Positions 49,371 to 58,506 of a stretch of DNA of 64,000 nt are shown piece by piece. A program made the translations under genes and the position numbers. The notes beneath the pieces were generated by a model. The model was not told where the DNA came from. It saw only the letters and a program-made list of their open reading frames with translations, and made no database searches. Each line of letters starts with the position of its first letter. Position 1 is the first letter of the stretch. The stretch comes from an uncultured Bacilli bacterium (GTDB taxonomy: Bacteria > Bacillota_I > Bacilli_A > RFN20 > CAG-826), in contig CAJOMQ010000001.1 in the NCBI GenBank assembly GCA_905236715.1, forward strand, positions 110,015-174,014, in the 5' to 3' direction.

Positions 49371-50801
49371 CTATGGTTCCACGACTTCTTTTTTCTTCTT
49401 TTGAAAAATGCCTTTTCCCGATAATATCAAAAAAACCGTATATAAAATAAATAAGCCACCCATAATACCTAAAACGATATAGCAATCATTTAGCGAAGTC
49501 GCCGATTTATCTAATAGCAATAACAAGGGAGCCACAAATAACATCGCAGGTAATTGGGAAACAACATAGATATTGGACATGGGTGTTTCATAATTAGGAT
49601 CAATTTCTCTTAAGAAAATCATCCCATTACTCGCCGTTCCCGTTAAAGCGCCGAAATTGGTTAAGAAAGCTTCGTGGGCAAAGCCTTTGAAACATAATTT
49701 AGAAATTAATCTAATATAGATTAATGTGGCAATTGTGCCCACCACACACATCGCTAAGATGAGCCAGACATATTCACTGACAACTTCAATATCAATCGCA
49801 GCGACACCGGCGACAATCATCACATCAAAGGCAAAGCCAGAAATACGGTCCATTTGATAATTGTTGATATATTGTTTTTTGATAATTTTATGTTTCCTAA
49901 ACGGTTTGATAATTAATTTAATAAGATTCGCCGCGATGACACCCCAAATGAAATTAAAGCCCCAAGCCACCGAATTAAATAAGGCAATGTTGGTCCAATC
50001 ACTGAGGTATTTAAAGAAAATCATGATACCAAAGGCAATCGCATACGCCACTAAAACAAAAGCGATTTGAATAGACATTTTATCTACGGAATCACTGTCT
50101 TCGATTTCATCGGGCCCTTCAAAATCATCAACTTTACGAACATAGGTTTTATTGCGGGGTAATATTTCCCCTTTGTGTTTGAAGATGTTGATATATATCA
50201 CTCCGACAATAGATGCCACAATAAAACCGATAGAGGCAATCGTTAAACCGATACTTCCTTGCCCATTAAAGGAATTAGAATCCATATTGGTGAAATTAAT
50301 ATCCCATGTTAAAGCGTTACCAGGGCCTTGACCAAATCCTAATGGTAATAAAATACCAGTATCATAAAATAAGGAGCTTCCCGCCCAGAAAAAGATGAGG
50401 GACACTAGGAGGCCCACAATACCTTGCAACATGTATGTACCGCCCGTTAAAGCGCCATTTTGGACACTGTGCATCAGAGAAACGCTTTTTCCTTTTTGCA
50501 TGGTCTTTAAACTCATGGCGATAAAACCGATCGCTAAAGCGTGATAAGTGATGATTTGCATGATTCTTTTATCAACGATGACCATGTCACCCGCGTTTAA
50601 GGCAAAGGTGATGCCAAATAACAAGAGACCCCCGATTAAAGCGCTGGGGACATTGCCTTTTCTAAGAAAAGGAATGACTCTTCTTAAAGCATTACCAATT
50701 AATAAAAAGATTAAGATTAATCCTAATTGCACCACAATTTTCCACACTTCATCATATTGACTTAAATCAAAAGACCAACTGACATTATCTGCGTATATCA
50801 T
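49371..50801 (-). CDS. Sodium/glutamate symporter-like (GltS/ESS family)
   Basis: PSALIGG, GFGQGPG, FGALTGTASNG; about 12 TMs. Confidence 0.75.
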   Translation of the reverse strand: MIYADNVSWSFDLSQYDEVWKIVVQLGLILIFLLIGNALRRVIPFLRKGNVPSALIGGLLLFGITFALNAGDMVIVDKRIMQIITYHALAIGFIAMSLKTMQKGKSVSLMHSVQNGALTGGTYMLQGIVGLLVSLIFFWAGSSLFYDTGILLPLGFGQGPGNALTWDINFTNMDSNSFNGQGSIGLTIASIGFIVASIVGVIYINIFKHKGEILPRNKTYVRKVDDFEGPDEIEDSDSVDKMSIQIAFVLVAYAIAFGIMIFFKYLSDWTNIALFNSVAWGFNFIWGVIAANLIKLIIKPFRKHKIIKKQYINNYQMDRISGFAFDVMIVAGVAAIDIEVVSEYVWLILAMCVVGTIATLIYIRLISKLCFKGFAHEAFLTNFGALTGTASNGMIFLREIDPNYETPMSNIYVVSQLPAMLFVAPLLLLLDKSATSLNDCYIVLGIMGGLFILYTVFLILSGKGIFQKKKKEVVEP

Positions 50802-51994
50802 TTATCATCCTCCTGAATTTGAAAATAATTATCGATTTGTTTTTGGTTCATTAATGTATTTAATTTATTAAATAAAAAGACATATTTTAAAGGATTAAAG
50901 CGTTTGTGACCAATCACTTGGTAACTTTTATCTTTGATGGTAAAACATAATTTGATGCCACTGACAGGGGAGGCAATCATAATATCTTCAATGGGAAATG
51001 AAATATTAGGGAAAGATAAATAATGATTGGTGACACTCATTTGGCCTTTGGCGATGATTTTTCTTTCTTCTTCGGGATTCGCATTTTTTAAAGTGACGGG
51101 TCCATCAGTAAAAATGATTTCATCATCTTTAATCGGTAAATCTTTAATCCATCTTTTTTGTAGATTATACCAAGGTAATAATTTTGTATAAGTAAAATGA
51201 GGATGATTACTCGCTAATGTTAAATCGGGTTTATATTCCACTTCTAAACCACAATTTTGACATCTCAAATAATGACCTTTCGACACTAATTTGTGCGGCG
51301 TCATACAAACTGGACATAAGAAAAATAATCTTTCTAAATATTCCGCGCTGGCTTTGCTTTTATATAACTGTTTAGATTCACTATCGATGACTCTTAAATT
51401 ATCTTTGATAATTTGTGTTAATTCTTCATTAGGAATATCGGCATAATCTTCATATTTTAAAACCTTTTTAATTTGCCCATAAAAAGGACCTTTTCTCTTC
51501 TTTTTGGCAAAGCGCGGAAAGACACCGGTTCCCCCATGGATATTAAATAAGATAATCGTGCTTTTAAAGGCTTTTAAATATTTACCAATCGCGGGAGTTA
51601 TATAATATTGAAATTCGGCATAACTACGATTACCTTCGGGGAAAAATAATAAAGAGTCACCACGCGAAACCACGCGCATCATCTCAATATTGCTTTTTAA
51701 ATCCACCACCCCTTTTTTCTTGGGAATACAGCCCATTCTTTTTAAAAAAGAAGAAACCAACCCCTTACGAAAAATATTATCCGTAGCGACGGTATATAAG
51801 GTCTTATTAAAGGAAAGATAAATCAATAAAGGATCGATATCGGTTTGGTGGTTAGCAAGCACCACGACGGATTCACCTTTGGCGATTTTATATTTATCTT
51901 TGGCCCGATAATGATAATGAATATAGATGATTGATCTTAAAAAGAAAGTGACCAGTCGTTGCAAGAAAGGATGTTTTTGTTGACTTGTTTTCAT
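50798..51994 (-). CDS. Lysophospholipid acyltransferase (PlsC-like) with C-terminal Zn-ribbon extension
   Basis: NHQTDID, FFPEGNRS, CPVC...CQNCG; GGGGA SD before ATG 51994. Confidence 0.85.
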   Translation of the reverse strand: MKTSQQKHPFLQRLVTFFLRSIIYIHYHYRAKDKYKIAKGESVVVLANHQTDIDPLLIYLSFNKTLYTVATDNIFRKGLVSSFLKRMGCIPKKKGVVDLKSNIEMMRVVSRGDSLLFFPEGNRSYAEFQYYITPAIGKYLKAFKSTIILFNIHGGTGVFPRFAKKKRKGPFYGQIKKVLKYEDYADIPNEELTQIIKDNLRVIDSESKQLYKSKASAEYLERLFFLCPVCMTPHKLVSKGHYLRCQNCGLEVEYKPDLTLASNHPHFTYTKLLPWYNLQKRWIKDLPIKDDEIIFTDGPVTLKNANPEEERKIIAKGQMSVTNHYLSFPNISFPIEDIMIASPVSGIKLCFTIKDKSYQVIGHKRFNPLKYVFLFNKLNTLMNQKQIDNYFQIQEDDK

Positions 51995-52136
51995 ATCCCC
52001 TAATGTGAAAAATATTATCATTTTTTTCAAAAAGAAAAAACTTTTTTATAAAGGGGCCTTGGATAATGAAGAATAATTCTTCCCCTTTTGATGAATAAAA
52101 GTTTATTCTTTTATCCTTTTCTTTTATGATATAGAG

Positions 52137-52994
52137 GTGAATAAATTACAAGAAACGCAATTAGAAATATTAAAAGTGTTTATCGCTATATGCGAGAAAC
52201 ATCATCTTTCTTATTTCCTTGTCAGTGGCACCGCTTTAGGGGCGGTCAGACATCATGGTTTCATCCCTTGGGATGATGATATAGATGTCGGAATGATTAG
52301 GAGTGAATATGAAAAATTCCTCCAAGTAGCCCCCAAAGAACTTGCAGGAAGCCACTATTTCTTACAGACTTGGCGGAGTGATCCCCATTATATATATGGC
52401 TTTGCCAAAATTAGAGACAATAACACCACCTATATTGAAAATTTCTTTATGAATCATCAAATCAATCATGGTGTCTGGATGGATATTTTTCCCATTGATG
52501 GCTTAACCGATAAAGAATTATCCATCAAAAAATTAAAACCAAGACTCCACCATTTCGTTTTTCATATTTATATGTCTTATCTACCAGCGTTATTAAGAAA
52601 ATTCCATAAGAAGACATTTTTCAAAGATTTATTATTCAATTTTATTGGTGTCTTATTTTATCCCTTTAATATCGCCCATTATCATCAAAGAAAATTAGAT
52701 AAGATGGGAAATAAATATCCCTTAGAAAAAGCGACATATGCGGGAAATTATATGTATTATTTTACCGGTCGTATTGAAGCTTTACCCGCGCATATTTATT
52801 TAGAGACCACCGATGCGATATTTGAAGGCGTTAAAGTGAAAATACCAAAAGATTATGACACTTATTTAACGTGTTTATATGGTAATTACATGCAGCCACC
52901 AAAAGAAAATGACCGTGTTGGTCATCATATTGATAAAGGTTTTTCTTTGGAAATGGGTTGGCAAGAATATATCTACCATAAGAAAACCCGCTAA
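52137..52994 (+). CDS. licD: LicD family phosphotransferase
   Basis: GTALGAVRHHGFIPWDDDIDV, DIFPID, YLTCLYGNYM.PP. Confidence 0.9.
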   Translation: MNKLQETQLEILKVFIAICEKHHLSYFLVSGTALGAVRHHGFIPWDDDIDVGMIRSEYEKFLQVAPKELAGSHYFLQTWRSDPHYIYGFAKIRDNNTTYIENFFMNHQINHGVWMDIFPIDGLTDKELSIKKLKPRLHHFVFHIYMSYLPALLRKFHKKTFFKDLLFNFIGVLFYPFNIAHYHQRKLDKMGNKYPLEKATYAGNYMYYFTGRIEALPAHIYLETTDAIFEGVKVKIPKDYDTYLTCLYGNYMQPPKENDRVGHHIDKGFSLEMGWQEYIYHKKTR

Positions 52995-53021
52995 TAAAAA
53001 TTAAAGTATTTATTCATTTGT

Positions 53022-53052
53022 GCCATCAAGGGATTTTCTTTGATGGCTTTTT
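53022..53052 (+). terminator. Intrinsic terminator after licD
   Basis: GCCATCAAG...TTTGATGGC followed by T5. Confidence 0.75.
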
Positions 53053-53096
53053 AAATCTACTTGATGGACAAATTCTTCTTTACTAATCATGGAACA

Positions 53097-53567
53097 TTAA
53101 ACCGCTAAGGCTTGTATCAAATGATATACACCCATGATAAGAAAAGGGGTGATGGCTAATAAAGTGGTTAAACGAATTCTTATTTGCACTCTTCGCCATT
53201 GTCTTAACGTCAAAGCGTTTACCTTTGGCATACCCATAATGGTACCCATTAAAGGAGAAATGAGCATCGCGCCGATAATAACAGCGACGTTATCTAAGAT
53301 CAGACCAATAGAGGCAATTAATGTCGCGCAAATCAAAATCGAGGCATTAATTCAGGTGATTTTTGATCCCGCAATCATCCTTTCGCGGATGTTATCAAGT
53401 GAATCCATATCGTCACGAATACTAAAGATACGTTTAAAGAAATGTTTGATTTTCGCTCTTTTGGGATTTTTTGTTTTTTCTTGTTCACCCAAACGCGATT
53501 CCGCTTCTAATACCGGTAATTCATTAATCTCACTATCGGGGTTTTCTTTTTCTTCTATTTCATCCAT
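53097..53567 (-). pseudogene. DUF389 membrane protein pseudogene
   Basis: LIASIGL...AVIIGAMLISPLM motif; in-frame TGA at 53354-53352; total only ~156 codons, implying an internal deletion. Confidence 0.75.
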
Positions 53568-53572
53568 ATTAT

Positions 53573-54006
53573 TCAACCTTGATATTTGTTTGTTTTAATG
53601 GTGTCGGAAATTCTTTTACCAATATCGATGAAATGATTTAAATCATCTTCTCCGACTTCTTTGATTATTTGTTCGATAACGGATTAAGCTTTTGCACTGT
53701 CGATTGGCGTTTTTGTTTGCCTTCTTCACTAATCTTAATAATCTTCTTGCGGTGATCATTGTCATCAATGTTGATAATCACCCAATTCTTCTTCACACAT
53801 GAATTTAATAAATTAGTGACACGAGGAAGTGAACAATGAAGATTCATAGCAATGTCTTCAGCGTTAATTACTTCACCATCATGTTGAAATAGATATTCGA
53901 GCACAAAGCCAATACCGGTATTTTGCAATAACAGTTCATTGAAGTTAATGTCTGGCCAGGCGTTTTTTAATTTTTCGACATATTTATTAATTTGTAATTG
54001 TTCCAT
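53573..54006 (-). pseudogene. MarR family regulator with a 1-bp frameshift
   Basis: IAMNLHCSLPRVTNLLN, DNDHRKKIIKISEEG; adding one base at 53684-53685 continues as SVIEQIIKEVGEDDLNHFIDI..G* (144 aa). Confidence 0.75.
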
Positions 54007-54198
54007 AGTACTTGCCTCAATTAATTAACACGGTTAACTATAATGTCTATAACAATTAATTAATAGTGTTAAGTATATTTATTTACAAAGGGAAAAAGTT
54101 TTGTTACAAATGGGCATTTGATTAACGAATATAAAAAGCATTTAGTACTTACTCCACTAATCAAATGCGGCTCAATGATTTAATGTTATAAATTTCCG

Positions 54199-54249
54199 TT
54201 TAGTGTTGTATTTAGTGTTATTTAGTGTTAGAAATTGCCATTTAGTGTT
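54199..54249. repeat. Four direct copies of TTTAGTGTT
   Basis: Copies start at 54199, 54211, 54221 and 54241. Confidence 0.85.
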
Positions 54250-54282
54250 GTGCAATGACTATATAAGTTACGAGTTTTAGAG

Positions 54283-54879
54283 CTATTCTCCAAAAGCATA
54301 TAATTCAACAACAGTATTAGTCGCCAAATTAACTTTCGTTTTTTTGATAAGAGTAAATGGGCGACCACAGTGCCTTTTCGGTTCTGCATTCTCGAAATTT
54401 GATACCATCTTGTAATCATTGCTTCCCACATTTTTTATAAAATAAAAACTTATTATAGTATCACCATTTTTCAAGTGGAAAGCGTAATCAAAATTTATAT
54501 TATCGATTCTTCCGCCATAATAGTTCTTCTTGTCATAATATGTTTCCAAGTTATTGTCCAAAATATATTCCAGTTTTGTTAAAGCAGTCCATCTAGAAGT
54601 TACATCTTCGGTAAGAAATTGAGAATTTAGCACTTTTTCTCTTAAAAATTCCGTATTTTTGAGTAGACGATCATACTCACGTTCTGCATTACGGTTATTC
54701 CTTAATTCATGTATGTCAACAAGATATTGCAAACCGAGTAAATGAAAAAAACAATCATAAGGGAAGTGTAAGTTAATAATAACTTCATGGCCATTCTTCC
54801 CAATAATGATTTTATAAAAAGATTTTTTGAGACTTTCGCAGGCTCTCAAAGCATTCTGCAACAATATCTTATTAGTCAT
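54283..54879 (-). CDS. PBECR4-like (phage Barnase-EndoU-ColicinE5/D-RelE) ribonuclease
   Basis: INLHF...CFFHLLGLQYL.D signature and ~200-aa size typical of stand-alone PBECR4 proteins. Confidence 0.7.
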   Translation of the reverse strand: MTNKILLQNALRACESLKKSFYKIIIGKNGHEVIINLHFPYDCFFHLLGLQYLVDIHELRNNRNAEREYDRLLKNTEFLREKVLNSQFLTEDVTSRWTALTKLEYILDNNLETYYDKKNYYGGRIDNINFDYAFHLKNGDTIISFYFIKNVGSNDYKMVSNFENAEPKRHCGRPFTLIKKTKVNLATNTVVELYAFGE

Positions 54880-55027
54880 AAAAAAACCCTATTCCAAGGG
54901 TTGTTGATGTCTTCTCGCGTTAGCGTCCTGAAGTGTGGTCATTACATCTAGCCCCAGTGGGAACTCCGGCAATCAATGGTCAGGTCCGTCAACTGCTTTC
55001 ATCGTTCGGTCAAAATCTTCTTTTGAC
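54880..55027 (-). ncRNA. Putative ~148-nt structured ncRNA upstream of the PBECR4 gene (candidate RNA antitoxin)
   Basis: TTGCAA-17-TAATAT promoter (55062-55034); 5' hairpin GUCAAAA/UUUUGAC; 59/120 G+C in 54901-55020; terminator AACCCU/AGGGUU+U7 directly before ATG. Confidence 0.6.
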
Positions 55028-55121
55028 AACTATATATTATTGCAATATGTTGCTTTTTGCAACAGTAAGTTTAAAAAGGGATACCGTTTGATATTTGTAG
55101 GTAACAATAAAAAAGAAAGTC

Positions 55122-55571
55122 TTAGTTATTGAGAATCCTCAATGAATCATTGTATACATCAGCATTAAATCCATACACACTATTTGTCTTTATAAAAACC
55201 TCGGGAAAAATATTTGATATCCCATCATCATTGTCATCAAGGATGAGCATTTTATCAATGCCGTCATTGGAGCAGCAGAGATAATCCATAATTTGTTTTC
55301 CCCTATTGTCATCGGGGTCATCAAAAATATCTTTCGGTCGCCTTGTATATCCAACTATCTTCATTTGATAAAAATCAAATATCTTCTTTTTGTGTGACAT
55401 ATCTATTTTCGAATATCTTCTGTCACTTGAAATAACGACACCATCAACTGAGGCTTCGTCTATCAATTTCTTTAGCAGAATAATCTTTTCAGTCTCCATA
55501 TCAGATTCATATGGGCCTTTTCCTGTGGAAGAGTTCAATACACCATCTATGTCTAGAAATATTATTTTCAT
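55122..55571 (-). CDS. HAD-domain protein of the Swiss-Army-Knife RNA-repair type
   Basis: IIFLDIDGVLNS, VISSDRR, RGKQI.DYL, ILDD motifs. Confidence 0.8.
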   Translation of the reverse strand: MKIIFLDIDGVLNSSTGKGPYESDMETEKIILLKKLIDEASVDGVVISSDRRYSKIDMSHKKKIFDFYQMKIVGYTRRPKDIFDDPDDNRGKQIMDYLCCSNDGIDKMLILDDNDDGISNIFPEVFIKTNSVYGFNADVYNDSLRILNN

Positions 55572-55619
55572 TGGTAATTATTTATTAAATCTTATTTTTA
55601 CTGCATCGAAAAGGTATTC

Positions 55620-55690
55620 AAAAAGCGAGACTATCTCTCGCTGTGGGTGGATCCCTTTCGGCGTCCTATCAACAGGTTTACCTTTTGATA
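55620..55690 (-). ncRNA. Putative ~70-nt small RNA or attenuated leader
   Basis: TTGACA-18-GATAAT promoter (55725-55696); hairpins UAUCAA..AGGU/ACCU..UUGAUA and GGA..CC-GAAA-GG..UCC; terminator AGCGAGA/UCUCGCU+U4. Confidence 0.55.
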
Positions 55691-55836
55691 ACTAGATTAT
55701 CGTTTGTATTGCACAAGCATGTCAAGAAAGAAATCGGCGGATATTAGAATAAAAATATTGCAACAATCAAAGATAAAAGATATTTTTATAGATGTGTTAA
55801 GGCTTTGGCCTTATTACTATATAATAAAAAAATAGG

Positions 55837-57087
55837 ATGAAGTTTATGGAATTATTGGAAGAAGTTGATTTCTATCAACAATTACGCTTTGAACAAGATA
55901 AAAGGCCAAAAGAGGATTTAAATACATTAAGTGAAGATGACTTAAAAAAGTTATTAGAAGAACTGAAAATTGAAAAGCCTTGTGATGATGAACCAAGTTC
56001 TTTGGTTCAAATAATCAAAAAATCAAAATTTGAAGATTTATCATTAGATGTTAATGATATTGAAAATAGAATCAAAGGCGCGATTATTGGCAGGTTCGCG
56101 GGATGTTTATTAGGTGTTCCTGTGGAGATGTATCCAATTGAAAAAATGGAACAAATAGCTAAAGAAGGTGGAACACCATTCCCACCCACAGAATATTGGC
56201 ATAAAGTTGATCGCGAAGATACCATCCAATATGGCGTTGATAGAAGAGGCAATTATACTTTAGATGGTATTAATGCCGTTTTTGTCGACGATGACATCAT
56301 TTATACCGTTTTAAATGTGTTATTAATCAAAAAATACGGAAAAGATTACACATTAGATGATGTCGCACAATTATGGTTAGATTTATTGCCATATGCATGT
56401 ACCGCAGAAAGAGAAGCCTTAAGCGAATTAAATAATGGTACAAAACCTGCTTTAGTGGCTAATAATAATCCTTTTACAGAATGGATTGGCGCCGCCATCA
56501 GAGCCGATGCTTTTGGATATGTTTTTGCGGGTCGACCAGCGGAAGCCGCCAAGGCGGCATATAACGATGCTTATTTAACGCATCGAAGAAACGGCATATA
56601 TGGGGAGATGTATTTAGCAGCGGCGATATCATTATCCTTTTGTATGCACCCACATCAAGCCATTGTGAAAGCGCTTGATTATATACCAACAAAATCAAGA
56701 TTACATAAAGATATTGAGTGGGTTTTATCTTTAAAAGATAAGAATTTAAATTATAAAGAAGCAAGAAAATTGATTGATGAACGTTTTGTGGGTATGAAAA
56801 ATCCTCACACACTCAACAATCTCTGCATTATCGCTTTTGTGACCATGATAGCGGGTGATTCATATACCAACGCCATCTCAACTGCGGTCGCTTTTGGCAT
56901 TGATAATGATTGCACTGCGGCCACCTTAGGCTCCATGTTTGGCGCCTATTTCGGCTTTCAAGGTGTAGATGAAAAATGGTATAAAAATTTCAATGATACC
57001 ATCCATACTTATTTGAAGGGATATGAAAATATCTCGTTATCTGGTTTCATTCAAGACACTGTTGATTTATACAAAAAATATCAATAA
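55837..57087 (+). CDS. ADP-ribosylglycohydrolase family protein
   Basis: GAIIGRFAGCLLG.PVE, DDDIIYT, GAAIRADAFG, G.DNDCTAATLGS. Confidence 0.9.
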   Translation: MKFMELLEEVDFYQQLRFEQDKRPKEDLNTLSEDDLKKLLEELKIEKPCDDEPSSLVQIIKKSKFEDLSLDVNDIENRIKGAIIGRFAGCLLGVPVEMYPIEKMEQIAKEGGTPFPPTEYWHKVDREDTIQYGVDRRGNYTLDGINAVFVDDDIIYTVLNVLLIKKYGKDYTLDDVAQLWLDLLPYACTAEREALSELNNGTKPALVANNNPFTEWIGAAIRADAFGYVFAGRPAEAAKAAYNDAYLTHRRNGIYGEMYLAAAISLSFCMHPHQAIVKALDYIPTKSRLHKDIEWVLSLKDKNLNYKEARKLIDERFVGMKNPHTLNNLCIIAFVTMIAGDSYTNAISTAVAFGIDNDCTAATLGSMFGAYFGFQGVDEKWYKNFNDTIHTYLKGYENISLSGFIQDTVDLYKKYQ

Positions 57088-57103
57088 GACCACTAAAAGT
57101 TTT

Positions 57104-57137
57104 AATCCACATGAGATGTAATCATGTGGATTTTTTT
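57104..57137. terminator. Terminator between convergent genes
   Basis: AATCCACATGA...TCATGTGGATTTTTTT. Confidence 0.8.
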
Positions 57138-57167
57138 AAATCAACTGAATCCACTATTCCACACGTA

Positions 57168-58502
57168 TTATTTATCTAAATATTTTTCTAATTCATACTC
57201 ACTCACCGTGGTATGATAGGCAATCCATTCCTTTTCTTTTGCATCGATATATTTATAGAATAATGGCTCTCCTAACACCTCTTTTAATAAGGTGCTTTTG
57301 CGAAATTCTTGCACCGCTGAATGGAGGGTTTCCGGAAGACGTGTAATCCCGCGAGAGAGAATTTCTTCATTAGTGAGTTCAAATAAATTGTCATTAATCG
57401 GAGGAATGATCTCTTCTTCCGTAACATTTTTAATTCCTTCCAGCCCAGCGGCTAAAATACCCGCTAAAGCGAGATATGGATTCGCGGTGGCATCAACATT
57501 TCTTAGTTCCGTGCGCGTCGCGTTTCCTCTAATCGCCGGAATACGAATTAATGAGGAACGATTCGCATCGCTCCAACAAGCATAAATAGGAGCTTCATAA
57601 CCGCTCACTAAACGCTTATAGGAATTGACGACGGGATTCGTTAATAAGGCTAGTTCACGCGTATAAGAAATGATACCAGTAATCCATTTCTTACAGAGTA
57701 AGGATAATTGCATATCCGCGTTAGGGTCATAGAATAAATCACCTTTTTGATTATCGAATAAGGAGCAGTTTGTGTGCATTCCACTACCCGGTCTTTTATT
57801 GAGAGGTTTCGGCATAAAGGAAGCCAGATAACCGTGCTTTCTTGCTATCACCTTGACAATCTGCTTAAAAGTTTGGACTTTGTCACAGGCATCGAGGACA
57901 TCACTATATTTAAAGGTGATTTCATTTTGTCCCGGACCAACCTCATGATGGGAAGCTTGCACTTCAAAGCCCATCGCTTCTAAGGTGAGGGCAACTTCTC
58001 TTCTCACCTTTTCCCCATCGTCGAATGGATTGAGGTCAAAATAACTCGCTTGATCAACGGGATGAGTCAAAAGAGAATGGTCTTCATTTTTCTTAAAGAG
58101 ATAGAATTCTGGTTCAAAACCAACATACATCTTCTCTATCCCCATCTCCTGCATTTTCTTGATTTGTCTTTTTAAGACATAACGGGGATCGCCTTCAAAT
58201 GGTTTCCCATCTGGTTTATAAACATCGCAAATAAAGCGGGCCACCACCCCATAACGGTCATCTTCAAAAGGAAGGATTAAAAAGGTGTTTAAATCAGGAT
58301 ATAAATACATATCCGCCTCTTTAATTCTCACAAATCCTTCTATTGAAGAGCCATCAAACATCACCTTATTATTTAAAGCGTCATCGATACGGCTAGAAGG
58401 TATCTCCACCGCTTTCATCGCGCCGAGCATATCGGTAAACTGCAGTCTGATGTAGGAAATATTATTCTCTTTGATAATTTTCTTGATTTCTTCTTTTTTC
58501 AT
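57168..58502 (-). CDS. glnA: Glutamine synthetase type I
   Basis: FDGSSIEGF, EPEFYLF, HHEVGPGQNEI, FMPKP..GSGMHTN, NSYKRLV.GYEAP, NPYLA. Confidence 0.97.
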   Translation of the reverse strand: MKKEEIKKIIKENNISYIRLQFTDMLGAMKAVEIPSSRIDDALNNKVMFDGSSIEGFVRIKEADMYLYPDLNTFLILPFEDDRYGVVARFICDVYKPDGKPFEGDPRYVLKRQIKKMQEMGIEKMYVGFEPEFYLFKKNEDHSLLTHPVDQASYFDLNPFDDGEKVRREVALTLEAMGFEVQASHHEVGPGQNEITFKYSDVLDACDKVQTFKQIVKVIARKHGYLASFMPKPLNKRPGSGMHTNCSLFDNQKGDLFYDPNADMQLSLLCKKWITGIISYTRELALLTNPVVNSYKRLVSGYEAPIYACWSDANRSSLIRIPAIRGNATRTELRNVDATANPYLALAGILAAGLEGIKNVTEEEIIPPINDNLFELTNEEILSRGITRLPETLHSAVQEFRKSTLLKEVLGEPLFYKYIDAKEKEWIAYHTTVSEYELEKYLDK

Positions 58503-58506
58503 CTAT

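Noticed and set aside
53352..53354. In-frame TGA in DUF389 as evidence for a recoded genetic code or selenocysteine
   Set aside because: Other genes are intact under code 11 with TGG for Trp, TGA ends the acyltransferase at an ATGA overlap (50798), and the gene has a second lesion
54199..54249. TTTAGTGTT repeats as a CRISPR array
   Set aside because: Repeats are 9 bp with 1-11 bp gaps, and there are no cas genes
54880..55027. tRNA or tRNA-derived gene
   Set aside because: No cloverleaf, T-loop GTTCRA or acceptor stem could be built
54935..55132. 65-aa plus-strand ORF over the putative ncRNA as a protein antitoxin
   Set aside because: GTG start without SD, no recognisable features, and it crosses the minus-strand promoter; cannot be fully excluded
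55645..55690. c-di-GMP-I (GEMM) riboswitch, suggested by GGUAAACC...GGACGC
   Set aside because: Lacks the GAAA-capped P2, GCAAAG and the receptor-bearing P3; kept only as an unknown small RNA
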